Source of the DNA: Pseudomonadota bacterium
GTDB lineage: Bacteria; Myxococcota_A; UBA796; UBA9615
Assembly (NCBI GenBank): GCA_024229515.1
Contig: JAAESI010000275.1
Span: 131,181 to 195,180 of the forward strand
Direction of reading: 5' to 3'
Length of the DNA: 64,000 nt
The notes below the pieces were generated by a model. The model saw only the letters and a program-made list of their open reading frames with translations, had not been told where the DNA came from and did not search any database. The position numbers and the translations under genes were made by a program. Shown in pieces: positions 1 to 9,843 of the stretch. Every line of letters starts with the position of its first letter. Positions within the stretch are counted from its first letter, which is position 1.

Positions 1-225
1 CTCGACGACCTGCAGGCCAAACAGGCCCGTGGTCTGCTGCGCGAGGCGGTCGACGCCCTCCCCGAGCGTCAGCGCGAGGTGGCTCTGCTCCGTCTGTACG
101 AAGACCTGTCGTTCCCCGAGGTCGGCGCCGCATGCGGCATCTCGGCGAACAACGCGAAAGTGAACTTCCACCACGCGGTCAAGAAGATCCGAAGCTTCCT
201 GACCGCGCGAGGGGTGACCGCATGA
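1..225 (+). CDS. ECF-type RNA polymerase sigma factor, C-terminal fragment (gene begins upstream of window)
   Basis: Frame-1 translation ...LPERQREVALLRLYEDLSFPEVGAACGISANNAKVNFHHAVKKIRSFL is a sigma-70 region-4 HTH; stop TGA 223-225 overlaps next ATG (ATGA). Confidence 0.65.
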   Translation, partial: LDDLQAKQARGLLREAVDALPERQREVALLRLYEDLSFPEVGAACGISANNAKVNFHHAVKKIRSFLTARGVTA

Positions 226-716
226 ACGACGACCTCCATCCCACGATCGAACGGCTCGGCCGGGTCGACCTCATCGACACCGCGGCGTACGACGACGCCT
301 TCTTCGACGGCCTCGCCGACGCCGTCATGGGCCGCATCGAAGCCGGCTCCACCGAGTCCAAGGTCCTCGAACTTCCCCGGCGCCGCGCCCCCCGCTGGTT
401 CGCCGCCGCCGCCGCCCTCGCCGCCGTGCTGGTCGCCGGAGTGATGCTCAACCGAGCCCCCGTCGAGCCCGCACCCGCCCCCGCCATCGCTGACGCCGAC
501 CCGCTCACCACCTTGGGCGCCGAACTGGGCCGCGACCTCCTCGCCGAGGTGACCGCCGATCCCACCCCCGCCGAAGCGACCCTCGCCACGGCGCTGACCG
601 TCGAAGACCTGCTCGACGGCGCCGAAGACGACGACCTCTACGCCTCCTGGAGCCTGCACGACGAGCTGGACGACCTGTCCGCCGCCGAGCTCCAGTCGAT
701 CATCACCCGCCTGTGA
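222..716 (+). CDS. putative anti-sigma factor (single-pass membrane protein)
   Basis: ATG 222 overlaps sigma stop; one TM segment RWFAAAAALAAVLVAGVML, acidic periplasmic tail; position immediately after ECF sigma. Confidence 0.5.
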   Translation: MNDDLHPTIERLGRVDLIDTAAYDDAFFDGLADAVMGRIEAGSTESKVLELPRRRAPRWFAAAAALAAVLVAGVMLNRAPVEPAPAPAIADADPLTTLGAELGRDLLAEVTADPTPAEATLATALTVEDLLDGAEDDDLYASWSLHDELDDLSAAELQSIITRL

Positions 717-723
717 GGACCCC

Positions 724-1275
724 ATGAACCGCATCACCCTGTTTTTGACCGCCGCGCTCCTGGCCTGCGCCACGCCCGCGTTCGCCGAAAAACCCACCGA
801 CGAGGAGCACGAAGCGGCCATGCAGCGCGTCCGCATCGTGCGCGCCGCGGCGTTGACCGAGGCGTTGGAGCTGGACGAAGCGACGGCCGCGCGGCTGTTC
901 CCGTTCCTCCGCGAGCACGACAGCAAGATGGAGGACATCCACGCCCGCAAGAAGCAGGCGCGGCGGGCGCTGAAGCAGATGGTGAAGGACGGCTCCTTCC
1001 CCGAGAAGGAGATCGACGAGCTCCTGGCGACGATCGCCGAGGCCGACGTGGAGTTGGCGGAGGCGCGAGCGGATCAGCTCGAAGGACTCAAGCGCGTGCT
1101 CTCAGCGGAGCAGCGGGTCAAGTTCGTGATGGTGCAGCGCCGGCTCGACGAAGAGGTGCGACGCGTGATTCGCGAAGAGCGCGTGCGCCGGCGCGGTGGC
1201 GGGTCCGATGGGGAGCGGCGGGAGCGCCGGGAGCGGCGGGTCCGGCCCAGCGGACGGGACGCAGACTTCCGCTAG
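724..1275 (+). CDS. periplasmic Spy/CpxP-family (LTXXQ-motif) stress protein
   Basis: Signal peptide MNRITLFLTAALLACATPAFA, helical, LTEAL.. / LSAEQR motifs, Arg-rich tail; third gene of sigma/anti-sigma module. Confidence 0.55.
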   Translation: MNRITLFLTAALLACATPAFAEKPTDEEHEAAMQRVRIVRAAALTEALELDEATAARLFPFLREHDSKMEDIHARKKQARRALKQMVKDGSFPEKEIDELLATIAEADVELAEARADQLEGLKRVLSAEQRVKFVMVQRRLDEEVRRVIREERVRRRGGGSDGERRERRERRVRPSGRDADFR

Positions 1276-2015
1276 AGCAGCCAGGGGGAGTAGGCGTACG
1301 GGTTGAGGGTGAACTCGAGGGGGCCGACCTCGTCGAGTTCGATGTCGCACAGAGGGGCGCCGAAGCCGCCGGACAGATCGCCCGCGTTGTCCCCATCCTC
1401 GTCCTCGATCTCGACCTCGAAGTCGATGCGCCAGCCGTCGTTGTTGGCCTCCTCAAGGACGACGTCGCCGTCGTCGGCGCCGTACGAGGTGATCGAGTCC
1501 AGCCCGTCGTCGATGGCGTCGTCCCAGGCGCAGCCCTCGGCCCGCTCGGCGACCTCGAGGTAGGGCGAGTCCCCGCTGGGGAAGTACGACACGCGGAGGC
1601 CGACCTCGCCCTCACCGGCATCGAAGGTGCCGTCGCTGGGCTCGGTGATCTCGTCCGCGCTGAAGTCGAAGCCGTTGTTCACGGTCACCGACAGCAGGTG
1701 CGCGGAGCCGGACAGGACCGGGTCCCAGACATCCGCAAGCGCGGCCGTGTAGTCGTTGCAGGCGTCGTCGTCGGCGCCGTCGTTGAAGGCGGACGTGGCC
1801 GAATACGCGCCCGCGTACGCCGTCTGGAGCTTGCTGCAGATACCGCCCTGGTTGGCGAGCACGAAGAAGTGGAAGGTGTCGCCGGCGAGGTCGACCTTCA
1901 CGTAGGCGGCGGAGGTGCCGGGGCCGAAAGCGTCGACGTCGTCGCTGTCGACGGTGACGGAGCCGGCGCAGCCGACGGTGACGCTGAGGGCCAGAACAAG
2001 AAGCAGGGGGCGCAT
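1272..2015 (-). CDS. acidic secreted lipoprotein, unknown function
   Basis: Signal peptide + lipobox LALSVTVGCAGS, very Asp/Gly rich (calcium-binding-like), 247 aa. Confidence 0.5.
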   Translation of the reverse strand: MRPLLLVLALSVTVGCAGSVTVDSDDVDAFGPGTSAAYVKVDLAGDTFHFFVLANQGGICSKLQTAYAGAYSATSAFNDGADDDACNDYTAALADVWDPVLSGSAHLLSVTVNNGFDFSADEITEPSDGTFDAGEGEVGLRVSYFPSGDSPYLEVAERAEGCAWDDAIDDGLDSITSYGADDGDVVLEEANNDGWRIDFEVEIEDEDGDNAGDLSGGFGAPLCDIELDEVGPLEFTLNPYAYSPWLL

Positions 2016-2032
2016 GGGCGCGACCGTAACAC

Positions 2033-3559
2033 TCAGGGTCGAACGGCGGCTGTGCGCCTCCCGGGCAGCTGGAGGCGGAGCCAGACGGTGCCGCCGAGCA
2101 GGCGCGTGCGGCCCGACTGGAGCATCTCGGCGTGGGCCTCGTAGTGGTAGCCCCGCTCGGGGGCGGTGTAGACGACCTCGGTGCGGAGGATCGGGGTAGT
2201 GCCGCGCGGCAGATCATCGGCGCCGCCGACGGTGACCGCGACGCCGGGCCCGAGGTAGCGGCGGGCCAACTCCAGGCCTCCGTCGTTGGCGAGCGCCTGG
2301 CGGTCCAGCAGCGGGCGGAGGGTCGGAGACAGGTAGTGACCGGCGCAGGAGCGCAGGTCGACCGTCGCGATCACGCCCCGCTCGTCGGCGAGGTACTCGA
2401 TGCAGTGCCCGTCGGTGCTCCACCCCAGGCCGATGCCCCGCGGCTTGTCGCGCAATCCGCGGCCTTCGATCCAATAGGGGTGCCGGCCCGCGCGGTCCAA
2501 CGTCGAGAACGCGGTCTCCAGGGCCGTGCCGAGCTCGACCCCGAGCACCGCCACGGTAGTGGAGGAGTGGCTGCTGAGCACCGCCGCGGGGGCCGTCGCG
2601 AGGTCCTCGGGGTGCGGGACTGCGCCGCCGACCTCGAGCACGCGGCCGATGGCGGTGGGGGTGCCGGTGAGGGCCAGCGGGAGCGCCGAACCCCAGTCGG
2701 GCCCCGTCTTGACGAGGAAGCAGGGGCCGCGCTCGCACACCGGAAGGAACCAGTGGCCCGAGGCCGACGCCACCAGGGGCGCGTCCCGCGAAGGGGCGCG
2801 CTGATGGAGGTAGGGACCGGCGGTGTCCCGCACGACGCCGGAGGCGAGCAACTGCACGAACTCGCGGCGCGTGCCGGGAACCGCGAACTCGGCGATCACG
2901 GAGCCGTCCTGCTGCGGCCAGAGGTCTCGGATCGGCTGCACCACCTCGTGGGTGCGGTAGGGGAGCCGATCGGCGGCCCGACGCACGACGCGGGTGCGGT
3001 CCGCCGCGGGCTCCGCCCAGTACAGGTCGCCGTCGATGCCGAAGGCGGGGTGCCGCCGCGGCCGCTCCCCGACGAGGGCGAGCTCGGTCCGGTCCTTGAG
3101 GGTGAGCTGCAAGAGGTGTTCGGGCTGATCGCCGGCGGCGGCGCAGGCGGCCACCAGCAGGGTCGAGGCGGGATGGAACGCAGGCTCGCCGCAGCCCGGG
3201 GGAGAGGTCCAGACCTCGGTCGGCTCAGCCCCGCTGAGATCGAACAGGGCGATCCGCTTGCCGTCGCCGTCGTGGGCCGCCGCCAGCCAACGGCCGTCGG
3301 TGGAGGCCGCCACGGAGCGCACGGTCGCTTCCAGGGTCAGCAGCGGGCTGGCCTGGAGCCGGCCCCCGCCATCGTGGGCTCGTGTTGAGCGGAACCGCGT
3401 GACGGTGTGTCGGCCCCCTCGATCGGCGGCGACGAGCAGGTCGCCGGGGAGCACGGATGGGGCGGGGCTGTCGTAGGCGGGGCCGCCTACCGGGGGCAGA
3501 GCGGCGCAGCCCGCGAGGATCGCGGCACTGAGAACTGCCGCGAACGGGAGCCTGCCCAT
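2033..3559 (-). CDS. lipoprotein, unknown function (possible beta-propeller)
   Basis: Signal peptide with lipobox AAILAGCAAL; 508 aa; DGRWLAAAHDGDGKRIALFDL-type repeats. Confidence 0.5.
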   Translation of the reverse strand: MGRLPFAAVLSAAILAGCAALPPVGGPAYDSPAPSVLPGDLLVAADRGGRHTVTRFRSTRAHDGGGRLQASPLLTLEATVRSVAASTDGRWLAAAHDGDGKRIALFDLSGAEPTEVWTSPPGCGEPAFHPASTLLVAACAAAGDQPEHLLQLTLKDRTELALVGERPRRHPAFGIDGDLYWAEPAADRTRVVRRAADRLPYRTHEVVQPIRDLWPQQDGSVIAEFAVPGTRREFVQLLASGVVRDTAGPYLHQRAPSRDAPLVASASGHWFLPVCERGPCFLVKTGPDWGSALPLALTGTPTAIGRVLEVGGAVPHPEDLATAPAAVLSSHSSTTVAVLGVELGTALETAFSTLDRAGRHPYWIEGRGLRDKPRGIGLGWSTDGHCIEYLADERGVIATVDLRSCAGHYLSPTLRPLLDRQALANDGGLELARRYLGPGVAVTVGGADDLPRGTTPILRTEVVYTAPERGYHYEAHAEMLQSGRTRLLGGTVWLRLQLPGRRTAAVRP

Positions 3560-3621
3560 CTACGCAGTGTACCCCTCATAGCCAACCCGACCGCACGGAA
3601 TCCCCTTGTAGACTGACCGCG

Positions 3622-4794
3622 ATGGCTTCGGATAGACGAGGAGGACCGGGCGCAACAAGCCGCGCGGCCCGCAACGATCAGGCCCCCACGACCTCGTCGC
3701 AGGATGCGCGCGGAGTCGCGGAGGAGGTCGGGCTCGTCGGGGACACCCGGGGAGCCACCCGGGGCGCCGAGGCGGGGCAGCAGCGCTCCCCCCGCCAGGC
3801 TGAAGAGGCACGCGAAGGCGTGGACGCGGCCGCAGCGGCGGACTTCGCCAGCCAGCTCGCGGAGATGGCCGTGGCCGATCCATCCGACCCCTCACAGGCC
3901 GACAAATCGTCCGAACAGGAGGAGGGCTTCGAGGAGGACATCGAGGTCGAAGTGGAGGTCGACGGCGACGACCTCGACGAGGCGAGGCCCGCCCGCGCCA
4001 CGACGGTGCTCCCCGGCGACGAGGACGACCCCGACGACGCCAATCCGGTGGAGATTCCCCCCGAGGACGCACCCGCGGCGGCGCCCGTCGGCTCGCCGAT
4101 CCCCCGCATCCGCCCCCGGGCGCGAGCCGCCTGGCTCGGGATCGACGAGGCGCTGCAGGCGGGTACGGACGAGGCGATTCTCGTCGGACACCAGGGTCGG
4201 GTGGCGGTCGCGCGGATCGAAGAGCTGACCACCCGCGAGTGGCTGAACCTCGTCCGCGCCATGCGGGTCGCCCGGGAGCCGTTGGCGCAGGCGTTCGTAC
4301 TCAAGGCGCTGGGGGCTCACCGCGAGTCCTCCTGCCTGCCCGCGTTCGCCGCTCGCGTGATCGAGTTGGGTTCAACCGAAGCGGTCCGGCTCCAACACGC
4401 GCGGGGACCCGTTCCCGACGGCGATGCCGAGGCGCGCAACCTGCGGCTGCACTACGACCCGATCGAGGCGCTGGACCCCAAAAAGGTGATCCACGAGGCG
4501 GCGCCATCGGACCCCTGGCGCGTGCCCGCCTGGCTTCGCGGCATTCCGCGGGCCGCGATGGAGTTGGCCGTCGTGGCGGTCGACCAGGCCCTCACCGGAG
4601 ATCTCCGCGAGGGTGAGACCACCGATCAGGGAGCCACCGACGCCTTGACCGCGGCCCTCGCGCCGCACGGCAGGGCGCACCCGTCGCTGCAGCGCTGGAC
4701 GCTCAACCTCGCGGCGCGCGCCGAAAGCCACGGTGCCCTGGTTCGGATGCGGGACGTCCTGATGCGCGCGCGGGTCGATCGAACGCGGAGCTAG
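3622..4794 (+). CDS. hypothetical protein with acidic N-terminal region
   Basis: 390-aa ORF with high GC3 and non-repetitive C-terminal half; no recognisable motif. Confidence 0.4.
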   Translation: MASDRRGGPGATSRAARNDQAPTTSSQDARGVAEEVGLVGDTRGATRGAEAGQQRSPRQAEEAREGVDAAAAADFASQLAEMAVADPSDPSQADKSSEQEEGFEEDIEVEVEVDGDDLDEARPARATTVLPGDEDDPDDANPVEIPPEDAPAAAPVGSPIPRIRPRARAAWLGIDEALQAGTDEAILVGHQGRVAVARIEELTTREWLNLVRAMRVAREPLAQAFVLKALGAHRESSCLPAFAARVIELGSTEAVRLQHARGPVPDGDAEARNLRLHYDPIEALDPKKVIHEAAPSDPWRVPAWLRGIPRAAMELAVVAVDQALTGDLREGETTDQGATDALTAALAPHGRAHPSLQRWTLNLAARAESHGALVRMRDVLMRARVDRTRS

Positions 4795-5624
4795 AGCTTC
4801 GCCAACTCCGCGATGTGCTCCGGCGTCGTGCCGCAGCAGCCCCCCAGAATCGACGCGCCCGCGTCCTGCCAGCGCTTCGCCGCCTCCGCGTAGGGGATCG
4901 GCAGCGCCGGTCCGTCGTTGCGCCAGCCCTGCACCGGGTCCGGCTCCCCGACGTTGCCGTACGCGCCGAACTCGACCTCCAGGCTCGCGAGCCGGGGCAG
5001 CAGGTCGGTGATCGTGCCGACGGGGGAGCAGTTGACGAGGATCGCCTCGGCGCCCCGGCGGGCGGCCTCCTCCAGCGTCGCCACGACCGTGTCGGGCTCC
5101 AGCAGCGTGCCTTCGGGTCCGAGCGTCAGCGACAGCCACACCGGCTTGTCCGTCTCCAACGCCGCGTCCAGCGCCGCCAGCGCCTCGCCGGCGTGGGGGA
5201 ACGTCTCGCAGAGGATGAGATCGACCCCCGCGCGGGCGAGCTCACGCGCCAATCGACCGTGCTCCCGGCGGCAGGTCAGCAGGTCAGGGGTCAGGTCGGG
5301 CCGGTAACAATCCTCCAGGGGAGCGATGGATCCGGCGACGAGGTGGTCCTCCGGAACCGCGTCACGGGCGATCCGAACCGCCGCCCGGATCAGCTCCTGC
5401 CAGCGATCTCCGTAGCCGACCCGCTCGAGCGTGTAGGGGTCGGTGCGGAACGTATTGGCGGTATGAATCCGGGCCCCCGCGGCGGCGTAATCGGCGTGCA
5501 CCGAGGCCAAGGCAGCCGGCGCGTCGAGCATTGCGGAGGCCGACCACAGCGGCAGCGGCGTGGGCACGCCACGCCGCGCGAGCTCAGTTCCTACAGGACC
5601 GTCGAGCAGCAGCACGGGGGGCAT
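4791..5624 (-). CDS. mmuM: homocysteine S-methyltransferase
   Basis: MPPVLLLDGPVGTELARRG... N-terminus and C-terminal GGCCGTTPEHI zinc/Hcy-binding motif; 277 aa. Confidence 0.85.
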   Translation of the reverse strand: MPPVLLLDGPVGTELARRGVPTPLPLWSASAMLDAPAALASVHADYAAAGARIHTANTFRTDPYTLERVGYGDRWQELIRAAVRIARDAVPEDHLVAGSIAPLEDCYRPDLTPDLLTCRREHGRLARELARAGVDLILCETFPHAGEALAALDAALETDKPVWLSLTLGPEGTLLEPDTVVATLEEAARRGAEAILVNCSPVGTITDLLPRLASLEVEFGAYGNVGEPDPVQGWRNDGPALPIPYAEAAKRWQDAGASILGGCCGTTPEHIAELAKL

Positions 5625-5639
5625 TGTATTCTCGCGTCG

Positions 5640-6986
5640 GTGGCAGACCCGGTCGTCGTTCGTGTCGAGATCCCCGACGCCGAATTCGGCGGCGAATACG
5701 AGGTCGATCCCGACAAGCCGCTCGTCGACCTCGTGCGTCGCATCGCCGAAGAGGAGAACATCCCCCTCGTCACCCGGCAGGGCCGTCCCCTGGCGTGGGA
5801 GGCCGAGGGGCCCGACTGGCGCCCCGGCAAGACCGGGCGCACCGACCTGACGCGCACCCAAGCGCTGTCCAAGATCGTCAACCACATCGTGGAAGAGGGC
5901 GGCGGCGGATCCCCCCTGTTCATGATCTCGTTGGTCATCCCGGGAGCCGCCGACGCGATCCTGGCCGCCCGCGACGACGCCAAGCGGCAGGAGATCGAGG
6001 AGCGGCTCGCCGAACGACAGGCTGAACGACACGCCGAGCGGATCGCCCACGGCGAGCCTGAGCACACCGCCCCCCACATGGTCCCGTTCCAGCCGGATCT
6101 GGACGACGACGACGACCAGGACGACATCGTCACCGGCGAGATCAGCCTCGAAGAAGAGGAGACCGAGCTGGCGCCCCCGCCGCGCCGAACCCGGCAGCCC
6201 GATCAGCTCGAACCCCGCCCCGTCGAGTCCCGCATCCGCCGCGCCGGCACCGCCGCCGCCGTGGGGGTGGGCGCCGCCGCCGTGGCGGGAGGAGCGGCTG
6301 CCGGGGCGCGCAAGAAGAAGCGCAAGAAGAAGGCCCCGCCCCCGCCGACCGGCGGGCTGCCCCCGACCATCGCGGGGATCTCCACGCCGCTGTTCCTGGG
6401 CGGAGCCGCGGCGGCGACCGTGATGCTGATGGGGCTGATCGTGGTCGGCTTCGTGGCCACCCGGAAGCCCGAGCCGCCTCCGCCGGAGCCGACCCCCGAG
6501 GTCGTGCCCGAGGTCGTCGTGGACATCCCCATCGAGTCGACTCCGGAGCCGACCCCGCCGCCCGAGCGGGAGACGCCGCCGCCCCGGAAGTTCACGACCT
6601 TCTACAGCTCCAGCAACGTCGACCGGAACAGCTCCGGCGCCGTCGGTGCGCAGATCTCCTCGTACGCCAAGGGCGAGGTGAAGGTCGGGTACCGAGCCTC
6701 CGGCGCGCACACGGTGCGGCTCAAGGGGCGCTTCGACCTGTACGTGGGCGAGACCGCCTCCACCCTGGAGGGCGCCTCCAGCAAGACCTGCAAGGGCGCC
6801 CCGTCGGGCGGAGACACCAAGGTGTTCATCCACTGGGAGGGCGACCGGGTCACCGCCCGCGTCGGCAGCAGCCGCTGCGGCCCCGTCTCGGTCAAGGGCT
6901 CCGGCGGCTTCCCCGGCTGGAAGTTCGAGCCCGGCGCGGGCCAGACCCTCAGCAAGCTCTGGGCGTCGGCCCCCGACGAAGAATAG
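5640..6986 (+). CDS. hypothetical membrane protein (cytoplasmic N-domain, KKKRKKK + TM, Pro-rich linker, extracytoplasmic C-domain)
   Basis: High GC3 from GTG 5640; TM LFLGGAAAATVMLMGLIVVGFVAT; PEPT-rich linker; start uncertain (only 15 nt from divergent mmuM start). Confidence 0.5.
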   Translation: MADPVVVRVEIPDAEFGGEYEVDPDKPLVDLVRRIAEEENIPLVTRQGRPLAWEAEGPDWRPGKTGRTDLTRTQALSKIVNHIVEEGGGGSPLFMISLVIPGAADAILAARDDAKRQEIEERLAERQAERHAERIAHGEPEHTAPHMVPFQPDLDDDDDQDDIVTGEISLEEEETELAPPPRRTRQPDQLEPRPVESRIRRAGTAAAVGVGAAAVAGGAAAGARKKKRKKKAPPPPTGGLPPTIAGISTPLFLGGAAAATVMLMGLIVVGFVATRKPEPPPPEPTPEVVPEVVVDIPIESTPEPTPPPERETPPPRKFTTFYSSSNVDRNSSGAVGAQISSYAKGEVKVGYRASGAHTVRLKGRFDLYVGETASTLEGASSKTCKGAPSGGDTKVFIHWEGDRVTARVGSSRCGPVSVKGSGGFPGWKFEPGAGQTLSKLWASAPDEE

Positions 6987-6996
6987 AGTTTCGGGC

Positions 6997-9843
6997 GTGG
7001 CCCACGACCCGATCCCGCTGGGCCCCTTCGACCTGTACCGCCTGATCGGCAAGGGCGGGATGGGGCTGGTCTGGCAGGGCTCCCACCGCGCCTCGCGCCA
7101 GCCGGTCGCGATCAAGACACTGCGTCGGGAGAGCCGAGACGCCGAGTCGATCGCCCAGTTCGAGTCGGAGGTCCGCGCCGTCGCCGCCCTCGAGCACCCC
7201 GGGATCGTGCGGGTGTTCGACTACGGGATCATCGACGAGGCAGCCGAGGAGGCGTCGCAGGAGCGCCTCGCCGCGGGGTGTCCGTACCTCGCGATGGAGC
7301 TCTGCGAAGGAGGGACCGTCCGGCAGATGGTCGGCCACGCGACGTGGCCGGGGATCCGCGATCTGCTCTACGCCATCCTCGACACGCTCGCGCACACCCA
7401 CGCGCGCCGGGTCATCCACCGCGACCTCAAGCCCGGGAACATCCTCCTGCCGGGGCCGAAGCTGACCGACTTCGGCATCGCGCAGACCGTCGCCCGCGAC
7501 CGCACCGTCGCCGACGGGAGCCCCGACAACTTCTACGGTAGCCCCTCGTTCGTGGCCCCCGAACAGATCCAGGTGCGGCTCAACGAGATCGGCCCCTGGA
7601 CCGACCTGTACTCGCTCGGGTGCGTCGTCTGGAAGCTGACCACGGGCAAGACCCCGTACGTCGCCAAGTCCCCCATCGAGGTCCTCAAGGGGCACCTCAA
7701 GGGGAGCCTGCCCCCCTACCAGCCCGACATCGAGGTGCCAGTCGGCTTCGAGGACTGGCTGATCAAGTGCCTGCAGTCGCGACCAGGGGCGCGGTTCCAG
7801 CACGCCCACGAGGCTGCGCGGGCGCTGAAGGCGGTGGAGGAAGGGGCGGGCATCGACGTGCCGCGGCCCCCCACCCCCTCGGACTGGCGTTCCACCGAGC
7901 CGAAGCCGACCCCGCTGCGACTGGCCGGCGCGGGGCTGGGGCTGTTCGGGCTTCGACGCACCCCGCTGGTGGAGCGGTACCCCGAGCGGGATCGCCTGTG
8001 GGCGCAGCTGAAGATCGTCACCGGGCGGGGGGTCAGCCGCGCGCTGGTGCTCCGCGGCGGGGCGGGGGTGGGCAAGAGCACCCTGGCGGAGTGGCTCTGC
8101 GACCGGGTCGAGGAGATCGGGCTCGCCAAGACCGGCAAGGCGGTGCACTCGGCGACGCCGTCGCGCAACGACGGGGTCGCTCCGATGCTCGGACGCATGC
8201 TCCGCGCCGCAGGGCTCGCCAACCAGACCGTGCGATGGAACGCCGAGCAGCGGCTGCGGGCGCTCGGGCGCAACACGCCGCGGCTGTGGCACGCCCTCGC
8301 GGACTCGATCGCTCCCTCGCTGGGGCCCGGACTGGACGCCGACGAGGCGCAGGCGGCGGCGGCGGCGTACCTCAGCGCCGAGGCGGGGGAACAGCCGCTG
8401 GTGCTCTGGCTGGACGACGTGCAGTGGAGCGCACCCTCGCTGAAGCTGGTGGGCGACCTGCTGCAACGCAGCCGCGTGCAGCCGCGGCCGATCCTGATGC
8501 TCCTCACGGTCCGCGACGAAGCGGTGGTCGAAGGGAGCCCGGAGGCGGCCCTGCTGCATGCGCTGGAGAGCCTGCCGCCAACCACCACGAGCACGCTGGA
8601 GCCTCTGGACGGACCCGGCACGCAGAGCCTGATCGAGGATCTGCTCGGCCTCGATGAGGACCTCGCAGGCAAGGTCGCGGCACGCGCCGAAGGGAACCCC
8701 CTGTTCGCGACGCAGCTCGTCGCCGATTGGGTCGCCCGGGGGGTGCTCCAGCCGGACTACGAGCGAGGCGGGTTCGTGCTCCCGCCCGACACCGACGCTC
8801 CGATCCCCGACGGGGTGCACGCGCTGTGGAAGCAACGCGCGGACCGCGCCGCCGACGGCGATCCCCAGATCCGCGACGCGATGGAAGTCGGCTCGGCGTT
8901 GGGGAGCCACGTGGCCCGCGAAGAGTGGCTCCTGTGCTGCGATCGAGCGGGACTCGCGGTCCCCTTCGGGCTGACCGAGCGGCTCGCCCGCGACGGGCTG
9001 TTGCGGTTCGAGGGCGACGGCTGGAGGTTCACCCACGGCATGCTGCGCGAGAGCCTGGAGCGGGCCGCCCGCGAGGGGGGCCGGTGGTCGCGCTACAACT
9101 CCGCGATCGCCCGCCAGCTGGAGGCGAGCAGCCACCCCCAGACGCGTGCCCGCCGGGCCGCCGCCCTCGCCGAGACGGCCGATGTGCAGCAGGCCACGAC
9201 GGCCCTGCTGACCGCCGCCGAGGGAGCCCGCGACGAGGGACGCTTCGCCGACGCCGACGGATTCCTGACAAGGGCCGAGGCGATGGTGGAGGAGCGCGCC
9301 GACGTCGTGCCCCCGGTGCTCGCCTGCGCCACCGCCATTGCGCGCCTCGCGCTGTCCCGCCGGCAGGGGAGCCGCGAGGACCTCGAGCCGGTCCTGCAAG
9401 AGCGCCTCGAACAGGCGCGGGCCGAGGGTTGGCCGCTGCTGGCCGGTCGGGCGTTGCGGGAACTCGCGGCCCTGGCGTTGGCCCGTGGGGCCCCCGAGAT
9501 CGCACGGCGTCGCCTCGACGAGGCGATCCTGGAGGCCGAGGACGACGACGATCGGGCGGGGGTCGCGGAGGCCACCCGCTCACTCGCGGACGCGCTCCTG
9601 GCGCTGCGCCAGACGACCGTCGCGGAGGAGAGCTACCGCCGCGCCGCCGCGATGTTCGAGGCGCTCCCCGATCCGGTACGCCAGGCCGACTGCCTGCTTC
9701 AGTTCGCGGCCCTGCTGAAGGATCGCGGCGAGGACGGACGGGCGATGGCGGCCCGGCAGATCGCGGCGGACACGCTGCGCCGCGCCGCCGGAACGTGGCC
9801 GGGGGCTCAGGAGCGGCTGGACGCGCTCATGTCGGAGGCCTGA
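6997..9843 (+). CDS. Ser/Thr protein kinase fused to P-loop NTPase (AAA/STAND-like) and TPR-like helical C-terminal domain
   Basis: Kinase subdomains GKGGMGLVW, AIK, HRDLKPGNILL, DFG, APE; Walker A GGAGVGKSTL; 948 aa. Confidence 0.85.
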   Translation: MAHDPIPLGPFDLYRLIGKGGMGLVWQGSHRASRQPVAIKTLRRESRDAESIAQFESEVRAVAALEHPGIVRVFDYGIIDEAAEEASQERLAAGCPYLAMELCEGGTVRQMVGHATWPGIRDLLYAILDTLAHTHARRVIHRDLKPGNILLPGPKLTDFGIAQTVARDRTVADGSPDNFYGSPSFVAPEQIQVRLNEIGPWTDLYSLGCVVWKLTTGKTPYVAKSPIEVLKGHLKGSLPPYQPDIEVPVGFEDWLIKCLQSRPGARFQHAHEAARALKAVEEGAGIDVPRPPTPSDWRSTEPKPTPLRLAGAGLGLFGLRRTPLVERYPERDRLWAQLKIVTGRGVSRALVLRGGAGVGKSTLAEWLCDRVEEIGLAKTGKAVHSATPSRNDGVAPMLGRMLRAAGLANQTVRWNAEQRLRALGRNTPRLWHALADSIAPSLGPGLDADEAQAAAAAYLSAEAGEQPLVLWLDDVQWSAPSLKLVGDLLQRSRVQPRPILMLLTVRDEAVVEGSPEAALLHALESLPPTTTSTLEPLDGPGTQSLIEDLLGLDEDLAGKVAARAEGNPLFATQLVADWVARGVLQPDYERGGFVLPPDTDAPIPDGVHALWKQRADRAADGDPQIRDAMEVGSALGSHVAREEWLLCCDRAGLAVPFGLTERLARDGLLRFEGDGWRFTHGMLRESLERAAREGGRWSRYNSAIARQLEASSHPQTRARRAAALAETADVQQATTALLTAAEGARDEGRFADADGFLTRAEAMVEERADVVPPVLACATAIARLALSRRQGSREDLEPVLQERLEQARAEGWPLLAGRALRELAALALARGAPEIARRRLDEAILEAEDDDDRAGVAEATRSLADALLALRQTTVAEESYRRAAAMFEALPDPVRQADCLLQFAALLKDRGEDGRAMAARQIAADTLRRAAGTWPGAQERLDALMSEA

